From IMG/VR virus record IMGVR_UViG_2724679537_000002, positions 5,485 through 69,484 of that record: a stretch of 64,000 nucleotides of DNA. One strand, 5' to 3'. Positions within the stretch are counted from its first letter, which is position 1; each line of letters starts with the position of its first letter. The notes under the pieces are model-generated. The model was not told the origin of the DNA and did not search any database. It worked only from the letters and a program-made list of their open reading frames with translations. This stretch comes from a virus. Lineage: Duplodnaviria > Caudoviricetes. Shown here one piece after another: positions 54,705 to 62,786 of the stretch. The translations under genes and the position numbers were made by a program.

Positions 54705-54895
54705 CACCCCACCCTGACAGCCCCAACGCCAAGTGGGCGCGCCACGGCTACCAGGTCGAGCGCATCCCGCGCCGCGGGAGCGGCGGCCATCACCGCATCA
54801 TCCGCGACCCCGAGGGGCGCGTTGTGCTTCAGGACGCCGGCCACGCCGGCGAACTGGAGTGGATCAAGGCCAACCTGGAGGGGCATGACCCATGA
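54701..54895 (+). CDS. Hypothetical protein
   Basis: 64 aa, ATGA-coupled. Confidence 0.65.
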   Translation: MTPHPDSPNAKWARHGYQVERIPRRGSGGHHRIIRDPEGRVVLQDAGHAGELEWIKANLEGHDP

Positions 54896-56670
54896 ACTAC
54901 GGCAGTGTTTGCAGTGGAATCGAAGCGGCCTCAGTAGCCTGGGAGCCGTTAGGCATGACGCCCGCATGGTTCTCTGAAGTCGAAGCGTTTCCCAGCGCCG
55001 TGCTAGCGCACCACTGGCCTGACGTGCCGAACCTTGGCGACATGACCAAGATAAGCTGCCGCATCCTCTTGGGCGAGATTGAAGCGCCTGATGTGCTGGT
55101 AGGCGGCACGCCCTGCCAAGCGTTCAGCGTCGCGGGAATGCGGGGGGGAATGGCCGATGCGCGCGGCCAGTTAACAATGAAATACGTGGAGCTAGCCAAT
55201 GCAATCGACACTGTTCGAACTCGGGCCGGAAATGCCGAAGCCGTCATCGTCTGGGAAAACGTCCCCGGCGTCCTCAGCGACAAGCAAAACGCCTTCGGAT
55301 GCTTTCTTGGCGCGCTCGCTGGGGAAGACCGCGAATTGCAGCCTTCAGGGAAAAAATGGACGAACGCTGGTTGTGTGTATGGACCCCAAAGAGCAGTCGC
55401 ATGGCGGGTTCTTGACGCCCAATATTTCGGAGTGGCCCAACGACGCCGCCGTGTGTTCGTTGTCGCAAGTGCTCGAACAGACTTCGATCCCGCAGCGGTA
55501 CTTTTTGAGTCCGAAGGCGTGCGCCGGGATACTCCGCCGCGCAGAGAAAAGGGGCAAGGCTTTACCCACGATGCTGCTCCATGCCTTACAAGCTCAGGCC
55601 GCGGCGTTGAACGACCTGGAGAAACCAGAGGGCAAGACCCCGTAGTTGCGGTTCCGCTGCTGGAACCCGGCGCCCGTACTGGGAAAAGCACCACCGACCC
55701 TCGCGTAGGAATGGGTATCGGTACCGACGGTGACCCCATGTACACCTTGCAGGCTGGAAAGCAGCATGGCGTGGCAGTCGCCTTCGGACAAAACCGTCAA
55801 TCAGGGCCAGCAGAAACAAGCCACGCCCTCAACGCTCATAGCGGCCCGCACGGTCGCCTTGATTTTGAGAGCGAGACGTTCCTGGTTCAGTCAGTTACTG
55901 GAAATATCTCGCACACCCTAAACACCGCAAACAACGGAAAAGGCTGCAGCGAAGATGGCACCGGGCGCGGTGTGCCCACGATTGCCTTTAGCTCCAAAGA
56001 CTATGGCGGCGATGCGCTATCAGAATGCTCGCCAACACTACGCGCAGGCGGCCACTCTGACAGCCATGCCAATGCGGGCGTGCCGCCAGCGGTGACGGTG
56101 GCTCTGCGTGGCCGCGAGGGTGGCGCGACTGCCGAGCTAGGCGGCGAGGTTGCCACAGCGCTTCGGGCATCCACCGGTGGGGGTGATAAGCCGCACGTAC
56201 TGACAGTTCACGGCACCCAAGACCCTTGTGTCAGCGATAGCACGGCGTTCGCTTTGGGCCGCAATCATGGCGGGGAAAATACGGTTCTTTCTGGTGTTGA
56301 TACGTACAATGGAAGCGTTACTGGTGACGTTGCTCATACGCTGCGCGATGGTAACTCAGAAGGCGCGCCCGCAGTAGTATCGAATCTCTCCGTCCGCCGC
56401 CTAACCCCACCCGAATGCGAGAAACTGCAAGGCTTTCCGCCCGGCCACACGCTAATACCCACTGCCAAGCGCAACTGGCACCGCGAGTTGGAGGAAATGC
56501 GCGACTATTTCCGCCGCACGCACCCTGACGTCACCGACGACGAGATTATCCGGCTGGCAGCCGATGGCCCGCGCTACAAGGCTATCGGCAACTCGATGGC
56601 CGTGCCCGTCATGCGCTGGATCGGACAGCGCATTCAGCAGGTCGACTCACTACCCACGGCCGCCCACTGA
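54892..56670 (+). CDS. DNA (cytosine-5) methyltransferase with long variable region
   Basis: SVCSGIEA, GGTPCQAFS, WENVPG, QRRRRVF, RRLTPPECEKLQGFP, YKAIGNS. Confidence 0.93.
   Translation: MNYGSVCSGIEAASVAWEPLGMTPAWFSEVEAFPSAVLAHHWPDVPNLGDMTKISCRILLGEIEAPDVLVGGTPCQAFSVAGMRGGMADARGQLTMKYVELANAIDTVRTRAGNAEAVIVWENVPGVLSDKQNAFGCFLGALAGEDRELQPSGKKWTNAGCVYGPQRAVAWRVLDAQYFGVAQRRRRVFVVASARTDFDPAAVLFESEGVRRDTPPRREKGQGFTHDAAPCLTSSGRGVERPGETRGQDPVVAVPLLEPGARTGKSTTDPRVGMGIGTDGDPMYTLQAGKQHGVAVAFGQNRQSGPAETSHALNAHSGPHGRLDFESETFLVQSVTGNISHTLNTANNGKGCSEDGTGRGVPTIAFSSKDYGGDALSECSPTLRAGGHSDSHANAGVPPAVTVALRGREGGATAELGGEVATALRASTGGGDKPHVLTVHGTQDPCVSDSTAFALGRNHGGENTVLSGVDTYNGSVTGDVAHTLRDGNSEGAPAVVSNLSVRRLTPPECEKLQGFPPGHTLIPTAKRNWHRELEEMRDYFRRTHPDVTDDEIIRLAADGPRYKAIGNSMAVPVMRWIGQRIQQVDSLPTAAH
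55199..55645 (+). CDS. Nested +1-frame ORF, candidate second (beta) MTase polypeptide
   Basis: 148 aa ending SLSQVLEQTSIPQRYFLSPKACAGILRRAEKRGKALP. Confidence 0.6.
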   Translation: MQSTLFELGPEMPKPSSSGKTSPASSATSKTPSDAFLARSLGKTANCSLQGKNGRTLVVCMDPKEQSHGGFLTPNISEWPNDAAVCSLSQVLEQTSIPQRYFLSPKACAGILRRAEKRGKALPTMLLHALQAQAAALNDLEKPEGKTP

Positions 56671-56696
56671 GGCGGCCTTCCTACGGAGGCTGCCCC

Positions 56697-57539
56697 ATGC
56701 AATGCCCTGTCATGCGTTACCACGGCGGCAAGTGGCGCATCGCCAGCTGGGTGATATCGCACTTCCCGCGCCACCAGGTCTACGTCGAACCCTTCGGCGG
56801 CGCCGCTGGCGTGCTGATGCAGAAGCCGTCGGTATCGGCCGAGGTCTACAACGACCTCGATGGCGAGATCGTCAACGTGTTCCGCGTGTTGCGTGACCCA
56901 GCGAACGCCGAGCGCCTGGCGGAAGCCTGCCGCTTCACACCCTACGCCCGCGCCGAGTTCGACCTTTCGCAAGAGCCGGTCGACGACCCCATCGAGCAGG
57001 CCCGGCGCACACTGCTGCGCGCATGGGCCAGCTTCGGCTCGGCCGGCGCCACGCGCGGCAACTCGGGGATGCGCACCTTCACTCGACCGGATGGCGTCTA
57101 TCTTGGCGTGGCGCACGCCTGGGCCCGCATTGCTGACGCGATACCCGAGTTCGCCAACCGCTTTCGCAACGTGGTGATCGAAAGCCGTCCGGCCATCGAT
57201 GTCATGGCGCAGCACGACAGCCGGGAAACGCTGCATTACGTCGACCCGCCCTATCTGCCGGAGACGCGCAGCCAGGGAAGCAGCCGCTACTACCGTCACG
57301 AGATGACTGTCGAGGAGCACGAGGCACTGCTGGATACCGTCAGGCACCTGCAGGGCTTCGTCGTGATCAGCGGCTACGACTCCACGCTCTACAACAACCG
57401 CCTACCCGGCTGGATGCGCGTGACGCTGCCCACGTCCGGATCCAGCCGCTTCGGCAGTGTGAAGCGTACTGAATGCCTGTGGCTGTCGCCGAGGGCGGCA
57501 GACCAGCAACGCCAGCGCGACATGTTCGCCACCGCCTAA
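56697..57539 (+). CDS. DNA adenine methyltransferase (Dam/D12 family)
   Basis: RYHGGKW, YVEPFGGAA, NDLD, YVDPPY. Confidence 0.93.
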   Translation: MQCPVMRYHGGKWRIASWVISHFPRHQVYVEPFGGAAGVLMQKPSVSAEVYNDLDGEIVNVFRVLRDPANAERLAEACRFTPYARAEFDLSQEPVDDPIEQARRTLLRAWASFGSAGATRGNSGMRTFTRPDGVYLGVAHAWARIADAIPEFANRFRNVVIESRPAIDVMAQHDSRETLHYVDPPYLPETRSQGSSRYYRHEMTVEEHEALLDTVRHLQGFVVISGYDSTLYNNRLPGWMRVTLPTSGSSRFGSVKRTECLWLSPRAADQQRQRDMFATA

Positions 57540-57584
57540 CCCGGCGCGGACAGCGTGCCGCGCCCTTCAACCTGGAGAATCGCC

Positions 57585-58742
57585 ATGTGGTTCAAAAACC
57601 TTCGTCTGTATCGCCTGCCCGCCGCCGGCAGCATCGCCGTTGAAGCCCTGTCCGAGGCCATGAGCAGCTTCGCCACCCGCGACATGGGTGGCCATGAGGC
57701 CAAGCACCTTGGCTGGGCGCCGCCGGCCGGCCGCAAGAGCGACACCCTAGTGCACGCCATCCAAGGCCAGTACCTGCTGACCATGCTTCGCCAGGAACGG
57801 ATCCTACCCTCCTCCGTGGTCAAGGAGGAGGTGGAGGCCCGCTGCGAGGAGATCGAGGCCGTGCGCGGCGGCCCGGTACCGCGCGCGGAGAAGATGGGCA
57901 TCAAGGAGCAGGTCTACGAGGAGTTCCTGCCCCGCGCCTTCGTGCGCAGCCATCGGGTCGACGTCTGGTGGGACATGGCAGGCGGCATGATCGCCGTCAA
58001 CACTTCGTCGGCGAAGCGTGCCGAGGAGGCGCTGGACCTGTTGCGCGCCACGCTGGGCAGCCTGAAGGTGGTGCCGGTTGCCACCCACTCGCTGCCCATG
58101 CGGGTCATGACGCACTGGCTGCAAGACCCAAGCCTGCGCCCGTCCTGGCTGGAGGTCGGCGACAGCGTGCAGCTCCGCGAGAAAGGCGACGACGGCAAGG
58201 TGACGGCCAAGAACGTCGACCTCGACACCGACGACATGCAACAGCTTCTGGAATCCGGCCGCCAGGTCGCCCAGCTGAGCATCACCCTCGACGAGCGGGT
58301 ATCGCTGACGCTGACCGACGACCTGACGCTCAAGGGGCTGCGCTTCTCCGACGCCCTGCTGGACGAGGCCAGCCAGACCGACGATGGCGACGACGCCATC
58401 ATCCGAATGGAAACCGACTTCATCCTGATGGCCAACGCTCTGCGTGACGTCATCAAGCTGCTGTTGACCGGGCTGGGCGGCGAGGCCGTTCCCGAACTCA
58501 AGAGCCTGGAGGAGGCAGCACCGACGCCCGCCTCGCCCGGCGCCGATGATCCCGACCCGCTGCTGGGCGAGGTTCGCGGCTTCGTGATCGAGAGTCGCAA
58601 GGCGTCGATATCGGCCGTGCAGCGTCACTTCAAGATTGGCTACAACCGCGCGGCGCGCCTCATCGAGGACCTGGAGCGCCAGGGCGTGGTTTCCCCCATG
58701 GACAACAGCGGTTCCCGCAAGGTGCTCAAGGAGGCGGCATGA
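57585..58742 (+). CDS. rdgC: RdgC recombination-associated protein fused to FtsK-gamma domain
   Basis: MWFKNLRLYRL, ERILPSSVV, LPRAF; C-terminal KASISAVQRHFKIGYNRAARLIEDLERQGVVS. Confidence 0.9.
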   Translation: MWFKNLRLYRLPAAGSIAVEALSEAMSSFATRDMGGHEAKHLGWAPPAGRKSDTLVHAIQGQYLLTMLRQERILPSSVVKEEVEARCEEIEAVRGGPVPRAEKMGIKEQVYEEFLPRAFVRSHRVDVWWDMAGGMIAVNTSSAKRAEEALDLLRATLGSLKVVPVATHSLPMRVMTHWLQDPSLRPSWLEVGDSVQLREKGDDGKVTAKNVDLDTDDMQQLLESGRQVAQLSITLDERVSLTLTDDLTLKGLRFSDALLDEASQTDDGDDAIIRMETDFILMANALRDVIKLLLTGLGGEAVPELKSLEEAAPTPASPGADDPDPLLGEVRGFVIESRKASISAVQRHFKIGYNRAARLIEDLERQGVVSPMDNSGSRKVLKEAA

Positions 58743-59008
58743 CATCACCGACCCATACCCCTGCCCCAGTCGCGACGACGGACTGCCCGTTCTGCGAGCA
58801 GGTCCTGCAGCGCAACCAGGAGCTGGAAGACGACAAGGCGCGACTCGCCGAACAGCTCGAGGACCAGGAGGAGGCGTTGCGCCTCCTCGATGAAGTCATG
58901 CGCCGCGCCGGTATGCACAAGAAGCCCACCACCTTCCTGGAAGCCGTGGCCGCCGTCTGCGAGGACAACCACGAAATTCGCCGGCAGCTGGCCAACCATC
59001 GCGCCTGA
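58739..59008 (+). CDS. Hypothetical protein
   Basis: 89 aa, CPFC plus coiled coil. Confidence 0.65.
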   Translation: MTSPTHTPAPVATTDCPFCEQVLQRNQELEDDKARLAEQLEDQEEALRLLDEVMRRAGMHKKPTTFLEAVAAVCEDNHEIRRQLANHRA

Positions 59009-59032
59009 CGCCCGCCCACCACCGATGGAGCC

Positions 59033-59797
59033 ATGATGAATACACACGCCCACGCCAGCGAGGGCGCGCCCGCGCGCGCCTTGCTCGACCCCTACGACGA
59101 GGCTATCCGCCTGGCCCTGGACAACAAAGACATGCGACAGGAGCTGGCGGCCGCCCAGCGCCGCGCCGAGAGCGCCGCCGCCAGCCGTGACAAGGCCAAG
59201 GCCGACGCCGACCAGCAGCGAGAACGCGCCGACCGCCTGGCCGCCGAGAAGGCAGCCGGCAAGAAGGAGTTGACTCAAGTTCGCCACCAGCTTGGCCAGC
59301 GAGTCCAGCAGCTGGAGGCCGAGCTGGCCCGCAAGGAGAACGCGCCCGCCGAGAAGACCGGCGAGGATCCGGGGCCGCACGCCACGATCAAGAGCGACGA
59401 CGGTGCCGTGATCGTGCAACTGGCCTTCAATCAGGTGCACATCCACGAGCCCGACCGCTGGTACATGGTCAGCAGCAAGCCGCTCGACAAGGCGGAGAAG
59501 CACCGCATGATCTTCTGCGGGCTGATCGACGGCATCATGGCCGGCGAGCACGCCACCTTCATCAAGGGTGCCATCCACCGCTTGGCCGGCCACTGGCGCA
59601 AGGAGAACGGCTGCCAGCGCATCGAAGACCTCGACCTGCCGGGCCGTGTCGTCAACCAGCTCGAGGACGCCGGCTACGAGCTGCTGAGCGAGATCGACAC
59701 TGAGGGCAAGCGTAAGTCGCTCGCCGGCATCAAGGGCATCGGCCCGGCCACCATCCAGAAGATCGCGCGCGCCGTGCGCAAGGCAGGTGGCAAGTGA
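59033..59797 (+). CDS. Coiled-coil protein with C-terminal HhH (RNAP alpha-CTD-like) domain
   Basis: IEDLDLPGRVVNQLEDAGY...LAGIKGIGPATIQKI. Confidence 0.7.
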   Translation: MMNTHAHASEGAPARALLDPYDEAIRLALDNKDMRQELAAAQRRAESAAASRDKAKADADQQRERADRLAAEKAAGKKELTQVRHQLGQRVQQLEAELARKENAPAEKTGEDPGPHATIKSDDGAVIVQLAFNQVHIHEPDRWYMVSSKPLDKAEKHRMIFCGLIDGIMAGEHATFIKGAIHRLAGHWRKENGCQRIEDLDLPGRVVNQLEDAGYELLSEIDTEGKRKSLAGIKGIGPATIQKIARAVRKAGGK

Positions 59798-60309
59798 CCA
59801 ATTTCGAGCTTAACGACAAAGCCCAGCAGCTGGCCGATACCTCGTCGGCCTATGAGCTGGCCCGGCGGCTGATAGAGATGGAGCAGGAGCGCGACCAGCT
59901 GCGCGGCTGCTTTTACAACGCCTGTGGGGAGCTGACTGCCCTGAAGGCTGCGCTGGTGAACGAAGGCGATGAGGCTCCGATAGGGGCGGCGCTGTCGCTG
60001 GTGGAGAGGCTGAAGGCGGAGCGTGACGCCTCGGCAGCATACGCCGAGGATCTTCGCAAGGCAGGAAACCGAGCCATCTGCTACGGCGGCGCCGAGAGCT
60101 CGGACGAGTGGCACCGCCTGCTCAGCGAGCGTAGCGAGGGAGCCGCCAGCATCGCCCGCATGAAGGCCGCCATGCTGCTGGATCTGGCCCGCGACTACCG
60201 CGACATGAACGTTGACACCGACGTGATCGAGAACCTGCGCGCCCGGGCGGGCATGGAGTTGTCCACCGTGGGCATCCCCCTTCAAGTCTTCGAGGAGAAC
60301 CAATCATGA
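59794..60309 (+). CDS. Hypothetical protein
   Basis: 171 aa, coupled. Confidence 0.7.
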   Translation: MTNFELNDKAQQLADTSSAYELARRLIEMEQERDQLRGCFYNACGELTALKAALVNEGDEAPIGAALSLVERLKAERDASAAYAEDLRKAGNRAICYGGAESSDEWHRLLSERSEGAASIARMKAAMLLDLARDYRDMNVDTDVIENLRARAGMELSTVGIPLQVFEENQS

Positions 60310-61658
60310 ACGAGACAGCACTGACACAGCGGCTTCAAGCAGCCGAGCAAGAGAACGAGCGACTGAAGGCGGAGAACGAGCGCCTGGCCAACGTCTCGCC
60401 CCACGGTCATGTTCAGAACACACGGGCGCTGCTGGAGATGGAGGAGAAGCTGGCAGCCGCTACCGACTACGCCGAGGACCGGGCCCGGATGCTGGGCATG
60501 GTCGCAGAGCGCCTGGGCGTGGCTGGCGAGCCCCACCAGGGTCGGGACGAGCGAATCCTAGAGGCGCTGGACACCCTCATCGAGCGCAGTCGCCGCATGG
60601 AGGAGGCCATCGACTTCGCTTGTGCGCCCGACATGTGGGAGGAGCGCTCCGGACTGGCCGGCGAGATCTACGAGTACAAGTACCTGGAGTGGTATGTCGA
60701 CGTGTTGCAGGAGGCCGTGACGCCCCGCGAGCTGCACCCCGATGACGCCATGGTGGAGACCGCGGCGCTGGCCATGCGTAAGAAGCTCGCCGCCAAGCGC
60801 AAGGAGGGGCGCGGCGGATGGGAGGAGATGTCACTGGGCGCGCTGAACAGCATGCTGGTCAACCATATCGCCAAGGGCGACCCGGTGGACGTGCTCAACT
60901 TCGCTGCCATGATTCATGCCCGCGGCGAGCGCACCAGTCTCGATCGTGTGGCCCCGAGACAGCCTGGAGAGGCGCCGCGCTGGTACGTCACCGACAACAA
61001 GCCGTGGTTCGCCTACTGCCCTGACCAAGGCCTGATGGCGTTCGGCACCGAAGCCGAGGCCGTCGAGCAGGCCGCCGACTTCATCGACAGCTGGCTGGAT
61101 GGCGACACCGGCTGGGACGAGCAAGTCGACCAGGTGTTCGTCGGCCGCGCCACGCAGATCAGCAGCCAGGTAGATCGCGTCGACCGTCCGGACGAGAGTC
61201 AACTGGATGAAGACGATTGCGACTCCGAGGGTTTCCACTGGGGCGACTACGAGTACGTATGCAACTACAAGGTGCAGCCGGTGGTTAGCGATTCCGCCAA
61301 GGCATGGGCAGCCACCAGTGGTGGCGATACGTCCGGCTACGACCTGGTGGCGCACATGCGCCGACAGATCGCCTTCTCGAAGCGGGCCTTTGGTCCCGGC
61401 GACCGCCAGGCCGGCGTGGTCGACCATATCCGCAAGGAGCTGAAGGAGATCGAGGGCGCCCCGCATGACCTCGAGGAGTGGATCGACGTCGTATTGCTCG
61501 CTTTGGACGGCGCCTGGCGTGCCGGCCACTCCGCCGAGCAGGTGGCGACCGGACTGGATGCGAAGCTCACCAAGAACGAGGGGCGCGATTGGCCCGACTG
61601 GCGCACCGCCGACCGGACCAAGGCCATCGAACACAACCGGCAGAGCGAGGAGGCATGA
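60306..61658 (+). CDS. Mosaic protein with C-terminal DUF550 (MazG-like dNTP pyrophosphohydrolase) domain
   Basis: FSKRAFGPG...HIRKELKEIE...DLEEWID...KLTKNEGRDWPDW. Confidence 0.75.
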   Translation: MNETALTQRLQAAEQENERLKAENERLANVSPHGHVQNTRALLEMEEKLAAATDYAEDRARMLGMVAERLGVAGEPHQGRDERILEALDTLIERSRRMEEAIDFACAPDMWEERSGLAGEIYEYKYLEWYVDVLQEAVTPRELHPDDAMVETAALAMRKKLAAKRKEGRGGWEEMSLGALNSMLVNHIAKGDPVDVLNFAAMIHARGERTSLDRVAPRQPGEAPRWYVTDNKPWFAYCPDQGLMAFGTEAEAVEQAADFIDSWLDGDTGWDEQVDQVFVGRATQISSQVDRVDRPDESQLDEDDCDSEGFHWGDYEYVCNYKVQPVVSDSAKAWAATSGGDTSGYDLVAHMRRQIAFSKRAFGPGDRQAGVVDHIRKELKEIEGAPHDLEEWIDVVLLALDGAWRAGHSAEQVATGLDAKLTKNEGRDWPDWRTADRTKAIEHNRQSEEA

Positions 61659-61945
61659 TGGCAACCACAACCAGCGAGAACGGCGAACAGCGCGCCACGC
61701 TCACCCTGAGCATCGAGGGCGCCCGGTTCAGCGACATGGGCATGGGGCGCGTCGGCGAGATATTCGGCCTGCTGGCCAAGATTGCCGGCGAGGACTCTGT
61801 ACTGGTCCGCTACTCGGGCGGCGAGATCATCGTCAAGGAGGGTCGCCCGGGCGGCGCCTCAGTAATCATTGGGCGCGACGAGGCAGAAGAACCCCGCAAG
61901 GACATAGACCCCCCGATGCCTGTGCTGAAAGGAGGAGAGGCGTGA
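61655..61945 (+). CDS. Hypothetical protein
   Basis: ATGA-coupled, GGAGG RBS. Confidence 0.6.
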   Translation: MMATTTSENGEQRATLTLSIEGARFSDMGMGRVGEIFGLLAKIAGEDSVLVRYSGGEIIVKEGRPGGASVIIGRDEAEEPRKDIDPPMPVLKGGEA

Positions 61946-62226
61946 TGCAAATTCTCGAAATAGAGATCAGGGGCCCCGTCGGCTCAGGGAAGACGGAAGT
62001 GATGAAGGTGATCAGCGACGCACTGGTGGCCTATTACGGCCCCCACACACAGGTGGCCAGCTATGACCTCAGCCTTGAGGAGAGGTCGTCTAGCGAAGGT
62101 GTTATTGCTGACGCCAAGTGCACCGGGCAGCGATGCCGACAAGAAGACACGGTTTTCATCTTGAGGGAAACCCCTGATGGCGCCTTTGAGCGTGATCCCC
62201 GGAAGAAAGGAGATGGCCATGCCTAG
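61945..62226 (+). CDS. Hypothetical protein with P-loop-like motif
   Basis: MQILEIEIRGPVGSGKT; AGGAG RBS. Confidence 0.6.
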   Translation: MQILEIEIRGPVGSGKTEVMKVISDALVAYYGPHTQVASYDLSLEERSSSEGVIADAKCTGQRCRQEDTVFILRETPDGAFERDPRKKGDGHA

Positions 62227-62581
62227 CTTTGTATGGCGGCCGAAGCCGCCCACCCTGGATGAAGTCAGGGCCGCGGGTGCCCAGTTCGGCTGTGAGGTCT
62301 ACTACTGGGTCCGCGGCTGGAACTTCAATCGACCGGTTATGGCTTGCGCCATCATCGGGGGGCGTCGCCAGCCAGATGGCGCATTTGGGCCCGAGCTGCG
62401 CTTCCAGGTCCCGGCTTCGCGAAACCTATCCGACGGCACCTGGGCCAGAGACTTCGAGGGCGGCCATGTCCCCAAGGATGGCGACTCCGAGAAGGTCAAG
62501 AGCCTGAAGCGCCTGATGCGAAACAGCACCTGGCGCCCGCTGGAATGGGCGGGGCCCGTACCTATGCCGGAAAGTGACTGA
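62219..62581 (+). CDS. Hypothetical protein
   Basis: ~120 aa ending WAGPVPMP. Confidence 0.65.
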   Translation: MPSFVWRPKPPTLDEVRAAGAQFGCEVYYWVRGWNFNRPVMACAIIGGRRQPDGAFGPELRFQVPASRNLSDGTWARDFEGGHVPKDGDSEKVKSLKRLMRNSTWRPLEWAGPVPMPESD

Positions 62582-62597
62582 AGGAGGTAAAGTAATC

Positions 62598-62786
62598 ATG
62601 GTCAAAGGCTATCTGACCACCAAGGACCTGTGTGAGCGCTACAAGGTCGAACGCACCACCCTCTATCGGTGGATGAAGCGCGAGGAGAACCCCCTGCCGG
62701 CGCCGCGCATCAGTGGCAAGGCGGGCCTCAATCGCTGGGCAATCGACGACATCGAAGCCTACGAGGCGTCGCTGGAAGCGGCCTGA
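62598..62786 (+). CDS. Excisionase (AlpA/Xis-like HTH)
   Basis: YLTTKDLCERYKVERTTLYRW...PAP; AAGGAGG RBS; adjacent to integrase. Confidence 0.88.
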   Translation: MVKGYLTTKDLCERYKVERTTLYRWMKREENPLPAPRISGKAGLNRWAIDDIEAYEASLEAA

